This document shows, piece after piece, positions 12,462-23,405 of a stretch of 64,000 bases of DNA. The position numbers and the translations under genes were made by a program. Source of the DNA: Diplonema japonicum (lineage: Eukaryota; Protista; Euglenozoa: Diplonemea); NCBI GenBank assembly GCA_964019335.1, contig OZ025725.1, forward strand, positions 396,156-460,155. Direction: 5' to 3'. Numbering within the stretch: position 1 is the stretch's first letter; the number at the start of each line of letters is the position of its first letter. A model generated the notes under the pieces. The model was given only the letters and a program-made list of their open reading frames with translations, ran no database searches and had not been told where the DNA came from.

Positions 12462-13727
12462 ATGGCCGCGGTCCAGCTGCCTGAGGCGAGACATGAGTTC
12501 GATGCCCTGCTAGAGAACGTGGCACTGACTGTACTTGAGAAGAGGTGGTGTAAAGGGAAATGCGTGAACGGAAGCATGCCCGTGAAAGGCGTAGAAGATG
12601 TAGTTTCGAGACTGGGGTGCTCTGTGACGCAGGGAGAGCTAGATTCGATCGTGAAGGCAGCAGGGTGCGGGGCAGTGGTGTCTGAGGACCAGCTGCTCTT
12701 TGTGGTGCGATGCCTGAAATGGCTCCACAGGGCTAACACTGCACACCCGGATGTGGAAACGAAGCAGGCATTCAGAACTGTGGAAGACAACGAAGGCCGC
12801 GTCGATGTGAGCAAAATGCGGGAGATATGCAGCGAGTTCTGCCTCACGTTCGACTGCGGTAACTTCCTTGAAGAGGTCTTTGAGAACCAAGGGGTTACTT
12901 ACGAAGCGTTCAGGGACATCCTGCAGAAGGAAGAGCAGCGCTGCATTGTTGAGGCTCAGACACCCAAGACCGAGTGCTCCTCACAGACTTCATGCATGCC
13001 CTCTCCGAAAAACGTAAAACCTAGTCATTCCCCCAGACCAGCGACAGACCCCACAACAGTGAGGATCCGCCACCTACTCAAGTTAAAAAAAAACATGGAC
13101 CCTAATTTTTCCAGTCGTTCTTCCTTGGTCATTTCGCCCGGCAAGGCGTCCTCGTCCAACGCAGAAGAAGAACCCCCGGGCAGTCCGTTTTATCGCGCCA
13201 TCAGGTCGACACAGGAAGATTGGCTGCTCCTAAATAAGAAGCAGGTATTGCAGGAAATGCAGCACCTGATGGCCACCACAACGTGCGACGACATCGTGAA
13301 GGCAAGGTGCGGTTTGAACAAAGCAGTGCGGTGCAGGAAGTTCGGCACCTCGCCTTTAGTAGAATACACAATGCAGCAGAACGTGCCGTTAGTCAAGATT
13401 CACCCCAGCTTGCCGGTTATCGATATCGATTCCCCTCAACCCGTCGGTTTCGAGGACGTGGCAAAACTCAACAACAAGAGATGGAACGCGACTTCTGAGT
13501 CCTTCAGGCCGTTTAGCGCACACAGAAAGAACTTCCCTTCCGCCCCTTTCGCCCCCGTACTGACTCTGAACGAATGCGGGCTTGAGTCTCTTTACTTGTC
13601 TCCATCAACACCTGAGGAGATTCCAATCAGCACTCCCCCAAAATGGACACGGGACGACCTCCACAAAAGCCTTCGAGTTGTTGAAGCTGTCCGCTCCGTC
13701 CGTAGGAGGATACAGAGACCCCTTTGA
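12462..13727 (+). CDS. Hypothetical protein with degenerate EF-hand region
   Basis: 421-aa ORF with host-like codon usage. AFRTVEDNEGRVDVSKMREI resembles an EF-hand. Confidence 0.65.
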   Translation: MAAVQLPEARHEFDALLENVALTVLEKRWCKGKCVNGSMPVKGVEDVVSRLGCSVTQGELDSIVKAAGCGAVVSEDQLLFVVRCLKWLHRANTAHPDVETKQAFRTVEDNEGRVDVSKMREICSEFCLTFDCGNFLEEVFENQGVTYEAFRDILQKEEQRCIVEAQTPKTECSSQTSCMPSPKNVKPSHSPRPATDPTTVRIRHLLKLKKNMDPNFSSRSSLVISPGKASSSNAEEEPPGSPFYRAIRSTQEDWLLLNKKQVLQEMQHLMATTTCDDIVKARCGLNKAVRCRKFGTSPLVEYTMQQNVPLVKIHPSLPVIDIDSPQPVGFEDVAKLNNKRWNATSESFRPFSAHRKNFPSAPFAPVLTLNECGLESLYLSPSTPEEIPISTPPKWTRDDLHKSLRVVEAVRSVRRRIQRPL

Positions 13728-13783
13728 CTACCGTCATACGTCCTTTTAACCTGGCTATGACTATAACAATCACACAGGAATGC

Positions 13784-14917
13784 ATGATTTCTCTAAAGGA
13801 CCCCACGTACAATGGCGTGCTGCCCAGCACTGTGTGGGTGGTGGACAGCCCGCGATCTCTCGATGCCTGTGGGCTCTGCGGGGTGTACCCCGCTGAGCTT
13901 GTCGACGATGGGCTTGACGAGGCGCATAGGGCGCAGCTTCTCGCTCAAGTAAAGAGGAAATTCAAAGAGGTATGTAGCAACGGTGCACGGAGGGCGAAGC
14001 CACGGTCTTTGGAGCAGTGCGAGGAAGTTAGACCGCCACCCAAGGCCTTTGGCAATCACCGCATAGCTCACACCCTAGAGATGGAGCTGAAAACAGCATT
14101 GCTGGCGAAGAAGATTGAAAACAGGCTGAACACCAGCGCGGAGTACCGCAAGAATTTGCAACTCGAACGACAGAAAAGGTTTCAAGAAGCGCATGAGTGG
14201 CACCAGCAGGTTTTGCAGAAACGGTGTCCCCCCTCACACGAGAGGAAACCTGGCGGCAGCTTACAAGCAACATTCACAGAACCAGCAGTGCCTCCGAAAA
14301 CCATACAAAAAAAACAGCTAGCGATAGCAAAGCGACAGGCGCTCCAAAAGGCCAAACAGCTCAAGCTAGAGCGCAAACAGAAAGAGAGAGACATGAGAGC
14401 CTTGAATAACCTAACAGCTACAATTATGCGGCGGCAGGACACCAGGCAGGTGAACAAGGAAAAGCTTAACATGACCAGAGAGAAGGTTAATGAAGCGCAG
14501 CGACGCATTGCGATGGCGCAGGAGTACAAAGAGAGGTTGACAACAAGCAAGATTGTTGAGAGTGAAATGCACGCGCGACAAATGAACAAAGAGAAGAAAA
14601 GGCTCGAGCACCTCGCGCAGAAGTACAGAAAAGACAACCTAAACAAGTTGCACAGCGAAAGGGAACAGCTGGAGCAGATCGCGAAGCTTTTACATGACGG
14701 GAGGGACCCTGTAAAGATAGCTAAACAAGAAGGCATCGAGCTCCCCTCACCCCCTCCTCGCAGGCCTAGCACTGCACGCGTGTACAGGCGCCGCATGTCT
14801 CCCGAGGAACCTCTTGAATCTGAGACGGATGAACTTCTCCGGCGCTTACGCTCTGGAGAGATGATCGGTCCCCCTCTGAAGAATGAGCGTTACTACGCTA
14901 AATGGGTTTATGATTGA
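13784..14917 (+). CDS. Hypothetical coiled-coil protein
   Basis: Long K/E/Q/R-rich ORF. Start placed at the in-frame ATG after the CACACAG acceptor ending at 13777. Confidence 0.7.
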   Translation: MISLKDPTYNGVLPSTVWVVDSPRSLDACGLCGVYPAELVDDGLDEAHRAQLLAQVKRKFKEVCSNGARRAKPRSLEQCEEVRPPPKAFGNHRIAHTLEMELKTALLAKKIENRLNTSAEYRKNLQLERQKRFQEAHEWHQQVLQKRCPPSHERKPGGSLQATFTEPAVPPKTIQKKQLAIAKRQALQKAKQLKLERKQKERDMRALNNLTATIMRRQDTRQVNKEKLNMTREKVNEAQRRIAMAQEYKERLTTSKIVESEMHARQMNKEKKRLEHLAQKYRKDNLNKLHSEREQLEQIAKLLHDGRDPVKIAKQEGIELPSPPPRRPSTARVYRRRMSPEEPLESETDELLRRLRSGEMIGPPLKNERYYAKWVYD

Positions 14918-14962
14918 AAGGATTATAAATGATTTACATTCCCGCTTTAACAGCATACAGGC

Positions 14963-15796
14963 ATGGATGGGCAACTGTTTGTATATGGGCCAGTGAAGGA
15001 GGGCGGCTGCAATGGATTGGTAGCAATGCGAAGCGGGAACGAGTGGCGGGAGAACGCCGTCGTGCATGTTGCAGGGCTAACCGACGGGCTGCTGTCGTGC
15101 CCGTGGGCAGTGAAGGTTAGCGATGCCCTTGCGAACGAGGGATGGTGCTTTGTGCAACCGATACTCAACAGCAGCTACTTAGGGTACGGGCTGAAGTGTC
15201 TTGAAGACGACGTCAACGACCTGGATCTTCTGTTCGCAACACTGGTAGTCCATGGTGTGCGAAAGGTGCTTTTAGTGGGACACTCTACAGGGTGCCAGGA
15301 CATCGTGAAACTGCTGGCAAAGGGGGTCCATCACGAGTTAATCAAGGGAGCTGTGTACATCGGCCCTGTAAGCGACAGAGAGTACTACCAGTCGTTGCCA
15401 AATTATACCGAGCTCTTAAGCACTGCGAAGGAGAGGCAAGGCACTGACGAACTGATGCCTAGATCAACAGATGAAGCAGCAATATGTCCGGAAAGGCTGC
15501 TTTCCCTTGCTGAGAAGGGAGGGGATGATGATCTCTTCAGCTCCGATTACACAAACGATGAGCTGCAAACACTGCTCTTTCCATGCACGAAGGTCCCCTC
15601 CCTCATCGTCATGTCCCTGAAGGACGAGTACGTTCCGTCACATGTTGACATCTCGGCTCAAGCTTCAAGACTCAGCACTGCCATGCTGTCTACACCGCCT
15701 CTGCTTCTCGACGACAACCACACCATCGTGTCGGACGCTAGCCACGCGAAGCTGTGTGCTGCTGTGCGTAGCTTCGCTGAGTCTTGTAAAGGATAG
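14963..15796 (+). CDS. Alpha/beta hydrolase, DUF1749 (UPF0613) family
   Basis: Nucleophile motif GHSTGCQD, plus GLTDGL, PVSDRE, DDLFSSD and DEYVP typical of DUF1749. Confidence 0.85.
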   Translation: MDGQLFVYGPVKEGGCNGLVAMRSGNEWRENAVVHVAGLTDGLLSCPWAVKVSDALANEGWCFVQPILNSSYLGYGLKCLEDDVNDLDLLFATLVVHGVRKVLLVGHSTGCQDIVKLLAKGVHHELIKGAVYIGPVSDREYYQSLPNYTELLSTAKERQGTDELMPRSTDEAAICPERLLSLAEKGGDDDLFSSDYTNDELQTLLFPCTKVPSLIVMSLKDEYVPSHVDISAQASRLSTAMLSTPPLLLDDNHTIVSDASHAKLCAAVRSFAESCKG

Positions 15797-15855
15797 TTTC
15801 ATTTTTTTTTTAAAAAAAGTACAATTTTTTTTTCATAATAAAATACTACAGTACT

Positions 15856-18800
15856 ATGGCCTTGATACCAAAATGGTATTCAAGAAGCTTCGCTGGTTTG
15901 AAAGACTGCACTTTAGATTACTTTGGCGAAGTGCTGCTGAAAAAAGGGTCTGACCAGTTCCTGATCTGTGTTGTTACGGAGGGAGTGCTGTTCCTTGCGT
16001 ACCCTAACGGGGAGGTGAAGGCAAACTACGAGGTTGAAGACATCACGGGACATGTGAGGGAGGGCGGCATTGACCTCCTGACGATGCGGCTGGGGAAAGT
16101 TCTGCGGATAGAAAGCAGCAACAACGAACTGCAGACGGTGCTAGAGCGGCTGCGGTACCAACTGTCAGAATCAAGGAGCGAAAAAGAAAGAAAAGCAATG
16201 AGCTATATTCCTACTGACTTGATCTGCACCGAATGTGACACAGGGGCGCACTTTGAGCAGGCTCGGTACATCTGCGTAGATTGTGATGCCAAGCTGTGCC
16301 TGCGGTGCTGGGACACTGTGCACAGCCGCCATTCATCTTCATCAACTTCGCATATCCAGTATCCCATCACCATGCCTTCGCCAGCACGACAGCTGGCACC
16401 CGCGCCCCAAACCCCGCTAACGCGCTCTCCCTTTCTCCATGATTCTCTCCCCCCGCCTGTTGAACCCGTCTTGAGCCCGCCACAGCCCACCCCCCAGCGA
16501 AGAAGGAAGGGAATTGAAGTGCCACCCAGACCCCGTACACCTTCCAGCAGTGAGGACAGCGACGACGAGGAGCCAAAGGCACATGAATTCCAAGAGCACC
16601 CTCACCACTACATGCCACGCGGGAACGATGCCATCCCGCCAAGGTACATGACCGTGACAGCAGCTCTGAACCTCGCAATGAAGCACAAGAACTGCAAAGG
16701 CATCACTTACAAAGGGCACCCTGAGAAGAATTGCAAGGTACACGTCTTCTTCAAGACAAAAGTGATCATGCGCAGGGGTGGCTGGACAACGTGGACAAGA
16801 GGCGACAACGAAACTGCCACCCTCAAGCAAGACACCGCAGTACCCCTCCCTTTACCTGTTGCAGTAGCCGAGCCACCGCAAGCAAGTTCAACTGAAGTTG
16901 TGAAGCCAACTACGCAGACCAAAGAACCCCATTACCTACCCATTGAGTCTGGAAGGGAAACGTGGCTACCAGAAAGCATGAGCCAGCCGAAAGGGAACTA
17001 TGCAGGGGGGATCACAAGGGCGCTCCTTGTGGGCTGCGACTACCATGGGACGACAGGCAAGCTGCCAGACACCATGAAAGCGCTGTCCTGTCTCAGACAG
17101 CTCCTGAGCAGCACGGGAATGCAGTGTGAAGTGCGGGCCCTGACAGAGAGCAATCCATCAGCTCCCCCAACAAGGAGCAACGTGATGTCTGCTCTGCGGT
17201 GGCTCATCGAAGGGGTAATGCCCGGCAGCATCTTGTTCCTGTCGTTCATTGGACACGGTGGGCACCTGTCCTTTGCCCCCGTTGACCACGACACAGCGGG
17301 ACTCATCACGAACAAGGAGATTGACGACATCCTGAAGGAGATGCCCCGTGGGAGCAAGCTTGTGATGCTGAACGACTTCTGCATGGGCGGCTCCCTCATC
17401 GACCTCCCGTACAGGCTCACGATGCAGGACCGCACTTTGAGTACTATTCACACACCGCAGAAACCGTGCGACCCGGTAGTGGTGATGCTCTCGGGAAACA
17501 GGGCCATGCAGCAGGACTGCGTGGTGTCAGGGCTAACCATGACTGGCTTCGTGGGTGCCTTACATCAACTGAAGCGGCCCACCTATCAAGAGATACTGCA
17601 GACCGCCGTGAGCATCATGAGGCAGACGGGTGAGCGCATGCCCGTGTTGGAGGTGTCGAGCAGCCACTCCATCACCCCCACCAGCGAGTTCTTCCTCAGC
17701 ATCGTGCCTGCGGCGAAGGACAGAGAGGACGAGCTTATCAACGAGATCTTCGCTTTGACCGACTTGGACAAAGACGGTCTTCTTGGCTACACGGATATGG
17801 TGTACTTGTGCAGCAACTTGGGGAAGAAGCTCACCCCTGTCGCTTACGAGAACATGTGCGAATGGTGCAGCACAAACAGCACAGGCCTCACACAGCAGCA
17901 TCTCAAGAAGGTGTACAAGGAACTTGGTGCCGGAAGAGGCATCCAACACGATTTAGAGATGCTCAAGTCCATGCGTGTGGAGCAGGCAGCCGAGCGGTCA
18001 CGTGCAACATTCTACCCTGCTGCTGCCTCCAGCAGCCGACACTCCAGCTACAGCCCTAGCTCCAGCTCCAGTTCCGGTTCAAGTGCTGCCCGCCAAGCGA
18101 GAGAAGAGAAGAAGAAGAAGAAGAAGAAGAAAAAGATGCAGGACAAAAAAGAAAAGAAAGATAAAAAGGAGCGCAAAAAAAAGAAGGATGTGACTGAAAC
18201 GGAGTACAGTACAGAGGGAGAAAGTGAACGACGGGGGGATGAAAAAAAGCAAAAGGAAGCGGAAGAACCGCGCGCCGAGAAACAGAAAAAAGAAGAAGAA
18301 AAGGAAAGCAAGGAAAAGCAAGAGAAGCCGGAACCAAAGCAAATCGAATCAAAGAAGGAGGACGAGCGGCCCAAAGTGGGTGAGGAAACAAAAAACGAGA
18401 GCGAAGCGCCGGGAAAGAAAAATGTAGAAAGCAAGAAGGACCCGGAAGTAAAAGACAAGAATGAAAAAAGCGGGGGGTCTAAAAGCGAGGATGAAGCGGT
18501 GGAAAACGAGAAAGCACAGAAAGAGAAAGGCGAAAAGAAGGACGGGAAAGAATCTAAAAACGAGAAGGAAGCGGTGGAAAACGAGACAAAGAACGAGAAC
18601 GAGAAAAAAGACGAGAAAGAATCTAAAAGCGAGAAGGTACCTGAACCGGAAGAGGTAACAGATGACAACGAAACGCTGAGAAAAAAAGGGGTAGAAACCA
18701 GGAACGACCTGAAAGCAAAAGACGAAGCTCCGGAAGAAGAAAAAGTCCCTGAATCTAAAACCGAAAAGGCAGCGAAGAAAAAGAAAGGAGAGAACAACGC

Positions 18801-19044
18801 GAAAGAACCTGAATCACAAGAGGTAAATAACGAGAACGAAGCACCCGAAAAGAAGAAAAAGGCAAAAGACGAAGATGCGCCCCCAACAGAGAAGAAAAAG
18901 AATAAAAACAAGCCCCCACCCCCACCTCTTTACCCTGAAGCACACGACCCTTATAACGAAGTAGCAGGAGCCGGCTCACCAGCCTCAAAGAAAAACACAG
19001 CAGTTGCCCTGGACAACGAGGAAATCGACTTAGACAAATTTTAG
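15856..19044 (+). CDS. B-box / metacaspase (peptidase C14) / EF-hand multidomain protein with K/E-rich tail
   Basis: B-box CTEC..CVDC..LCLRCWDTVH. Caspase fold RALLVGCDY, PTRSNV, FIGHGG and NDFCMGGS. EF-hand DLDKDGLLGYTD. Confidence 0.85.
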   Translation: MALIPKWYSRSFAGLKDCTLDYFGEVLLKKGSDQFLICVVTEGVLFLAYPNGEVKANYEVEDITGHVREGGIDLLTMRLGKVLRIESSNNELQTVLERLRYQLSESRSEKERKAMSYIPTDLICTECDTGAHFEQARYICVDCDAKLCLRCWDTVHSRHSSSSTSHIQYPITMPSPARQLAPAPQTPLTRSPFLHDSLPPPVEPVLSPPQPTPQRRRKGIEVPPRPRTPSSSEDSDDEEPKAHEFQEHPHHYMPRGNDAIPPRYMTVTAALNLAMKHKNCKGITYKGHPEKNCKVHVFFKTKVIMRRGGWTTWTRGDNETATLKQDTAVPLPLPVAVAEPPQASSTEVVKPTTQTKEPHYLPIESGRETWLPESMSQPKGNYAGGITRALLVGCDYHGTTGKLPDTMKALSCLRQLLSSTGMQCEVRALTESNPSAPPTRSNVMSALRWLIEGVMPGSILFLSFIGHGGHLSFAPVDHDTAGLITNKEIDDILKEMPRGSKLVMLNDFCMGGSLIDLPYRLTMQDRTLSTIHTPQKPCDPVVVMLSGNRAMQQDCVVSGLTMTGFVGALHQLKRPTYQEILQTAVSIMRQTGERMPVLEVSSSHSITPTSEFFLSIVPAAKDREDELINEIFALTDLDKDGLLGYTDMVYLCSNLGKKLTPVAYENMCEWCSTNSTGLTQQHLKKVYKELGAGRGIQHDLEMLKSMRVEQAAERSRATFYPAAASSSRHSSYSPSSSSSSGSSAARQAREEKKKKKKKKKMQDKKEKKDKKERKKKKDVTETEYSTEGESERRGDEKKQKEAEEPRAEKQKKEEEKESKEKQEKPEPKQIESKKEDERPKVGEETKNESEAPGKKNVESKKDPEVKDKNEKSGGSKSEDEAVENEKAQKEKGEKKDGKESKNEKEAVENETKNENEKKDEKESKSEKVPEPEEVTDDNETLRKKGVETRNDLKAKDEAPEEEKVPESKTEKAAKKKKGENNAKEPESQEVNNENEAPEKKKKAKDEDAPPTEKKKNKNKPPPPPLYPEAHDPYNEVAGAGSPASKKNTAVALDNEEIDLDKF

Positions 19045-19124
19045 ACAGTAGTACATTGTATCCATGCTTTATGACAGTTACCTGATATAAGTACACCACT
19101 CGCCTCCACACCACACAGGGACCT

Positions 19125-20534
19125 ATGAATGAAGCAGCTCCTCTTATTTCGAGAGTGCAAGAGGTAGAAGTCCTCAAGATCATCGCAAGATACTTAGATG
19201 TCCTTGACAAATGGCGGCTAGGCCTTGTATGCCGGGCATTCAGAGAGGTAAGCAGGCAGGACCCTTATGAGCGCGTCGTGTTGAAAGAAGAACGGGAATG
19301 TGCAGAACGAAGATCAACAGCACAGATGATTCAGGTTCTACTAAGCGTGCTTCGCGTAGGCGGCTGCAGGGTCCTCAATGTGGACGGGTTGAAAAGCAAG
19401 ACAATGCCCCACCACGCGATGAGCAAGCATCTCTTGGACACCGTGTGGCACCACTCATCCGAAACTCTTGAATCCTTGTCCTTGCGGTTCTTCCCCACTC
19501 TTCTGCAACCGTCGGAACCCTTGAAACTCATAAACCTTAAAACCCTGAACCTCCGAGGGTGTAAGGATGCCCCTGTCTCCTTTATCCTGCAGCATTGCAC
19601 GGCACTGACCGAGCTTGACCTCAGGGGGTGCCCTGAGATGGGGACCATTGACGGCCTGATGGCCTACGTGCCTAGTGGTCTGCGGCGGCTCTCCATCGGA
19701 TGGGACAGCGAGTTCCAAGAGTCGCCTGATGCCATCAACGACTTCTACAACTCGCCGAAAGTGGTTGAGATGCTGAAGAAGCTAGCTGTGGAATGCAGTT
19801 CGTTAAGCAGCTTAGAAGTGCCGGGCTTCGCGTGCGTACAAGGCGACACAATGCAAGACATGAGGTCCTTGACGTCTCTGGACGTGTGCAACTGCAGCCT
19901 GGTAAGCGACTCCTTAGCCACGGTGCTGAGGGACAACTCGTTCCAGCATCTGAACCTCCGTGTGACGGGTATTACTGACAGCATTATGCAATCCATCGCA
20001 TTGCACTGCAAGGGGCTCAAATCGCTGAACGTGTCGTGCACAATGATCTCCGACGTGGGGTTGGCTGCTGTCGCTGAAGGGTGTCCTGTGCTGCAGTCCA
20101 TCGACCTGTGCTACCCAGAGGGACACGTTACAGAAAAGGGGATACTGACTGTGTGTAGGACATATGGTAAGGACTTGCGGATGTTGGGGATAGCAGGGTT
20201 GCAGGGTGTCGTGACTGACGAGTTGCTCGCAGAAGCAGTCGCCCTGTGCCCAAGCATGCGCTGCCTAGCTATCGGGGGGAACCACATGCTAACGGCGGAG
20301 ATCTGGGGGATGCTTAGGCAGCTTAAGTGCCTTAAGCGTGTTGTTGCCCATGGGCTGGAGTTCATTAACTACGAGGAGGTGCTGCGACTTGCCGAGTGCA
20401 CGAACCTCCAGCAGTTGGATTTGTACAATGTACTGCCCAACCCCACGCTCACATTGAGCCAGCTGAACATCCTCCGGCAGCGGTTTCCTTTTGACTGGCG
20501 GAATGTGGAAGCTGTTCATAATTGTTTCTGTTAG
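19125..20534 (+). CDS. F-box/LRR-repeat protein
   Basis: N-terminal F-box (EVLKIIARYL..LGLVCRAF) and Cys-containing LRRs (LTELDLRGC, LKSLNVSCT, LQSIDLCY). Confidence 0.9.
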   Translation: MNEAAPLISRVQEVEVLKIIARYLDVLDKWRLGLVCRAFREVSRQDPYERVVLKEERECAERRSTAQMIQVLLSVLRVGGCRVLNVDGLKSKTMPHHAMSKHLLDTVWHHSSETLESLSLRFFPTLLQPSEPLKLINLKTLNLRGCKDAPVSFILQHCTALTELDLRGCPEMGTIDGLMAYVPSGLRRLSIGWDSEFQESPDAINDFYNSPKVVEMLKKLAVECSSLSSLEVPGFACVQGDTMQDMRSLTSLDVCNCSLVSDSLATVLRDNSFQHLNLRVTGITDSIMQSIALHCKGLKSLNVSCTMISDVGLAAVAEGCPVLQSIDLCYPEGHVTEKGILTVCRTYGKDLRMLGIAGLQGVVTDELLAEAVALCPSMRCLAIGGNHMLTAEIWGMLRQLKCLKRVVAHGLEFINYEEVLRLAECTNLQQLDLYNVLPNPTLTLSQLNILRQRFPFDWRNVEAVHNCFC

Positions 20535-20667
20535 AGACACAAGCACGACGGTGCTGCTAAAACGCAAATTTCCCTTTTTTTTTTTTTTGAAGGGGTAGGG
20601 GAGGAAAAAAAAAAAAGAGGGTGGGAAAAAAGAAAGAACGGGAAAGAAGAAAAAAAAAGCAACCTGG

Positions 20668-20720
<53 letters not shown>

Positions 20721-21086
20721 CTTGCTGGAACAAGTATACAAAACTTTGAAGAATTGTTTTATTGCAAAGAAAAAAAAGAGAGGAGGCAGCTTTTGTCGGT
20801 TCGCCTCTCCCCCCCCCCCCCCCCCCCCCTTCCTTTTTTATTTCTTTTGTGGCTGGCGGAACCATAAAGGATCCTTGTTCGCGATAAGAAATAAGAAAAT
20901 GGAGGGGGAATTGTTTATATAAAAGCCCCCTTTGCCCCCCTCCCACCTGCTATACACATTTCTTTCCCTTTTTTTTTTTTTCTCTTTTTTTTTTTTTCCG
21001 CTTATTCCCGCATTCAACCCTCTCGCAAACAACGGGGAAAGAAAAAAAGGAAGAAAAAAAAAAGAGAAAAAAAAAAAAAAAAAGAA

Positions 21087-22808
21087 GAGAAAAACACCGT
21101 TCACGGTAAGCAAATAACTTTTTTTCCACCAAGTACGGTAATCATAACTTTTTTTTCCACCAAAACGGTTTTTTTTAATAAAGTTTCCACTGTCCACGGT
21201 AACCTAATCTTATTTCCACTAAACCATGTATGTTGGATGTTTTCCCACCATCCACGGTAACCCACAACTTTTTTTCCACCAAGTACGGTAACCTAGAACT
21301 TTTTTTCCCACCAAGTATGGAAACCCAAAACTTTTTTCCCACCATCCACGGTAACCCAGAACTTTTTTTTCCACTCTCCCATGAAACCTTTCTATTGTTC
21401 CCATTTTTAGTTTTTCGAAAAATTTTGGATCTTTTTTTTTGTATTTTCGAGTATTTGCAACCTTTTTTTTTCTCGTTTCAAGATGGGCAAAGTAAGAAAA
21501 CCTGCAGAAACGAAAAAGTCCTCAAGAAGGAGCCCGTGTGCACCTTGGGAGAAACGTGCAGGCCCAACCGGGATTCAGAACCAATGGGAAGAACCTTTTC
21601 TGGAAAGCTATTTCGCAAGATAACTTCAAGAAAGCCAGAGACGAGGTATTTTAACTTTTGCCCATTTGAAACAAAAGAAAGGTTGAGACTCACTCAAATG
21701 GGCAAAGCCGTGCTCAAGCACTTATCGGCTGAGCCCTTAGCACTGGGTGTTATCACATGTTCCAGTCTGCACCTTCGGGGACTGTTCGACGAATTTTGTC
21801 GAGAGCCACAACAAGATATCAAATTTCGTACCTTACTTTCCCAGGTTCTGCGTGAGGCACGTGGCCTAAACATCCTTTCTTGTAGAGTGGACCCGCCTCA
21901 GGGATGCTAAAATGATCACCTCCACGCGAGATCGAATACCCGACTCTGCCACTGGGCTTTGCCCCCAAATTGCCAAGAAGGTAGGGAAGGCGTACGACCG
22001 CTCCAAGTTGTGGTGCGCCCACGACGTCAGCGACCTGGAAGAGGCTGTTTTTGACGTAAGGGAAATTAATTCCACCGGGCGGGCCACAGTTAAGTACACA
22101 GAATGGGCACATGGGAGAATTGGGTGCACTTGCTGTGAGCTGCAGGTGTTGGGTATACCTTGTGTCCACATCTGCGCTGTGGCCCGAAAGGTTTCAAAAG
22201 ACACGTCAGGCTTAGTCGCAGAGTACCTCAAGGTCTCTGCATGGCGTCTGATGTACTTCTCCACCTCTCGCCCCCCTTCTGCCTGTGAAATCGTGAAGGA
22301 TGGCCTCAGGCCACCAATCGTGACAAAGTCACAAATAGGCAGGCCGGCGAAGAGGAAGCGGAGTGAGGGGGAGGAGAAGAATATGTGCAGCAACTGCAGA
22401 AAGATTGGGCACAATGCTGCAACCTGCAGGAACCCCCATTTCTCAACTGGTGGGGTTCAGTCCCAGTCACTCTTCGAAGTTCTTTCCCAGTTGAAGATCC
22501 GGCCTTCAGGGTAGTCCCCCCCCTTCCCCTCCCCTCCCGCCTGGGGTCTTTTTCCTTTAATTTTGCCATGCCATCATTATTTTTGCACCTCATACTACAT
22601 TTTATGATAAACCCTAATCAGGCATAAAAATGATACAGGTTACCGTGTTTGGTGGAAAAAAAGTTTGTAGTTGCATAAGGGAAAAACTTGATGATTACAG
22701 TAACGGTGGAAAAAAAGTTGTGGTTACCGTACTTGGTGGAAAAAAATTTTTAGGTTTAAGGAAACGGTGGAAAAAAGTTATTTGCTTACCGTGAACGGTG
22801 TTTTTCCC
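21087..22808 (+). mobile_element. Mutator-like (MULE) DNA transposon, internally deleted
   Basis: About 40-bp near-perfect TIRs (GAGAAAAACACCGTTCACGGTAAGCAAATAACTTTT / reverse complement ending TTTTTCCC at 22808). 9-bp TSD AAAAAAGAA at 21078-21086 and 22809-22817. Subterminal repeats CCACCAAGTACGGTAACC. Confidence 0.92.
21912..22514 (+). pseudogene. MULE transposase C-terminal fragment (SWIM zinc finger and CCHC knuckle)
   Basis: CTCCELQVLGIPCVH (SWIM), GRPAKRKR and CSNCRKIGHNAATC. No DDE core seen, and the upstream part is broken. Confidence 0.85.
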
Positions 22809-23405
22809 AAAAAAGAAAGACAAAAATGACAAAACAAAGAATGGCTTTGAAAAACCGAAAAGGAAGAGGGGGAAAAAAAAAAGGAGGGGAAATAATAGCA
22901 TCTGTCCCTCCGAGGTGATCCTGTCACATACTGCGGGTTCGCTTCAAAGAAGTCATTTTTTTTTTCTCTCCCCTTTTTTTTGGGTGGATTGCTGTGAACA
23001 CTTCAAACAATATATAGGCACGAGCTGAAAGGTTTTTACACAAATAGCGCCTGTCAGAATGGGTCACGATGGCCAAAGAATTGAATTTTTGATTTTCCCT
23101 TCGTGTTGTTCTTCTTTTTAAAAAAAAAAAAAAAAAAGAAATTAAAGAATTCTTCAAAAAGAAAATACAGCATCCAATGGTTAGAAATGATTGTACATTT
23201 CGTGCCCATAGGCTTTTTTTTTTCTCTTTTTTTCTTAATACTTGCTCAGTTGAGGCAAACTCCCCCTCTATGTGAAAATATAAACCCAAGGAATTACTTG
23301 GTACCTTTTCTTTTTTTTCTTTTCTTCAGTGAGCACCCCCCCTGCACGCTGAAACTTTATCGGGAAAAAAAGATTTTTTTTTGTCTTTATTTGTTAAAAG
23401 GAGAA

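Noticed and set aside
13724-13783. Fusion or frameshift joining ORFs 12462 and 13724
   Set aside because: No suitable donor site. A typical CACACAG acceptor followed by an in-frame ATG favours two genes.
18048-18911. Long minus-strand ORFs (for example 18048-18911, 56816-57706, 42892-43569)
   Set aside because: Antisense shadows of + strand genes or low-complexity repeats, with no independent motifs.
20289-21197. Poly-Phe/poly-Lys ORFs in the intergenic islands
   Set aside because: Translations of homopolymer runs.
21100-21380. CRISPR-like ~30-bp periodic repeats
   Set aside because: No unique spacers and no cas genes, and they are mirrored at the other end of the MULE as subterminal repeats.
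22895-23075. Further rRNA-like fragments near the LSU piece (also about 25190-25225)
   Set aside because: Only short, gapped resemblances that are compatible with chance.
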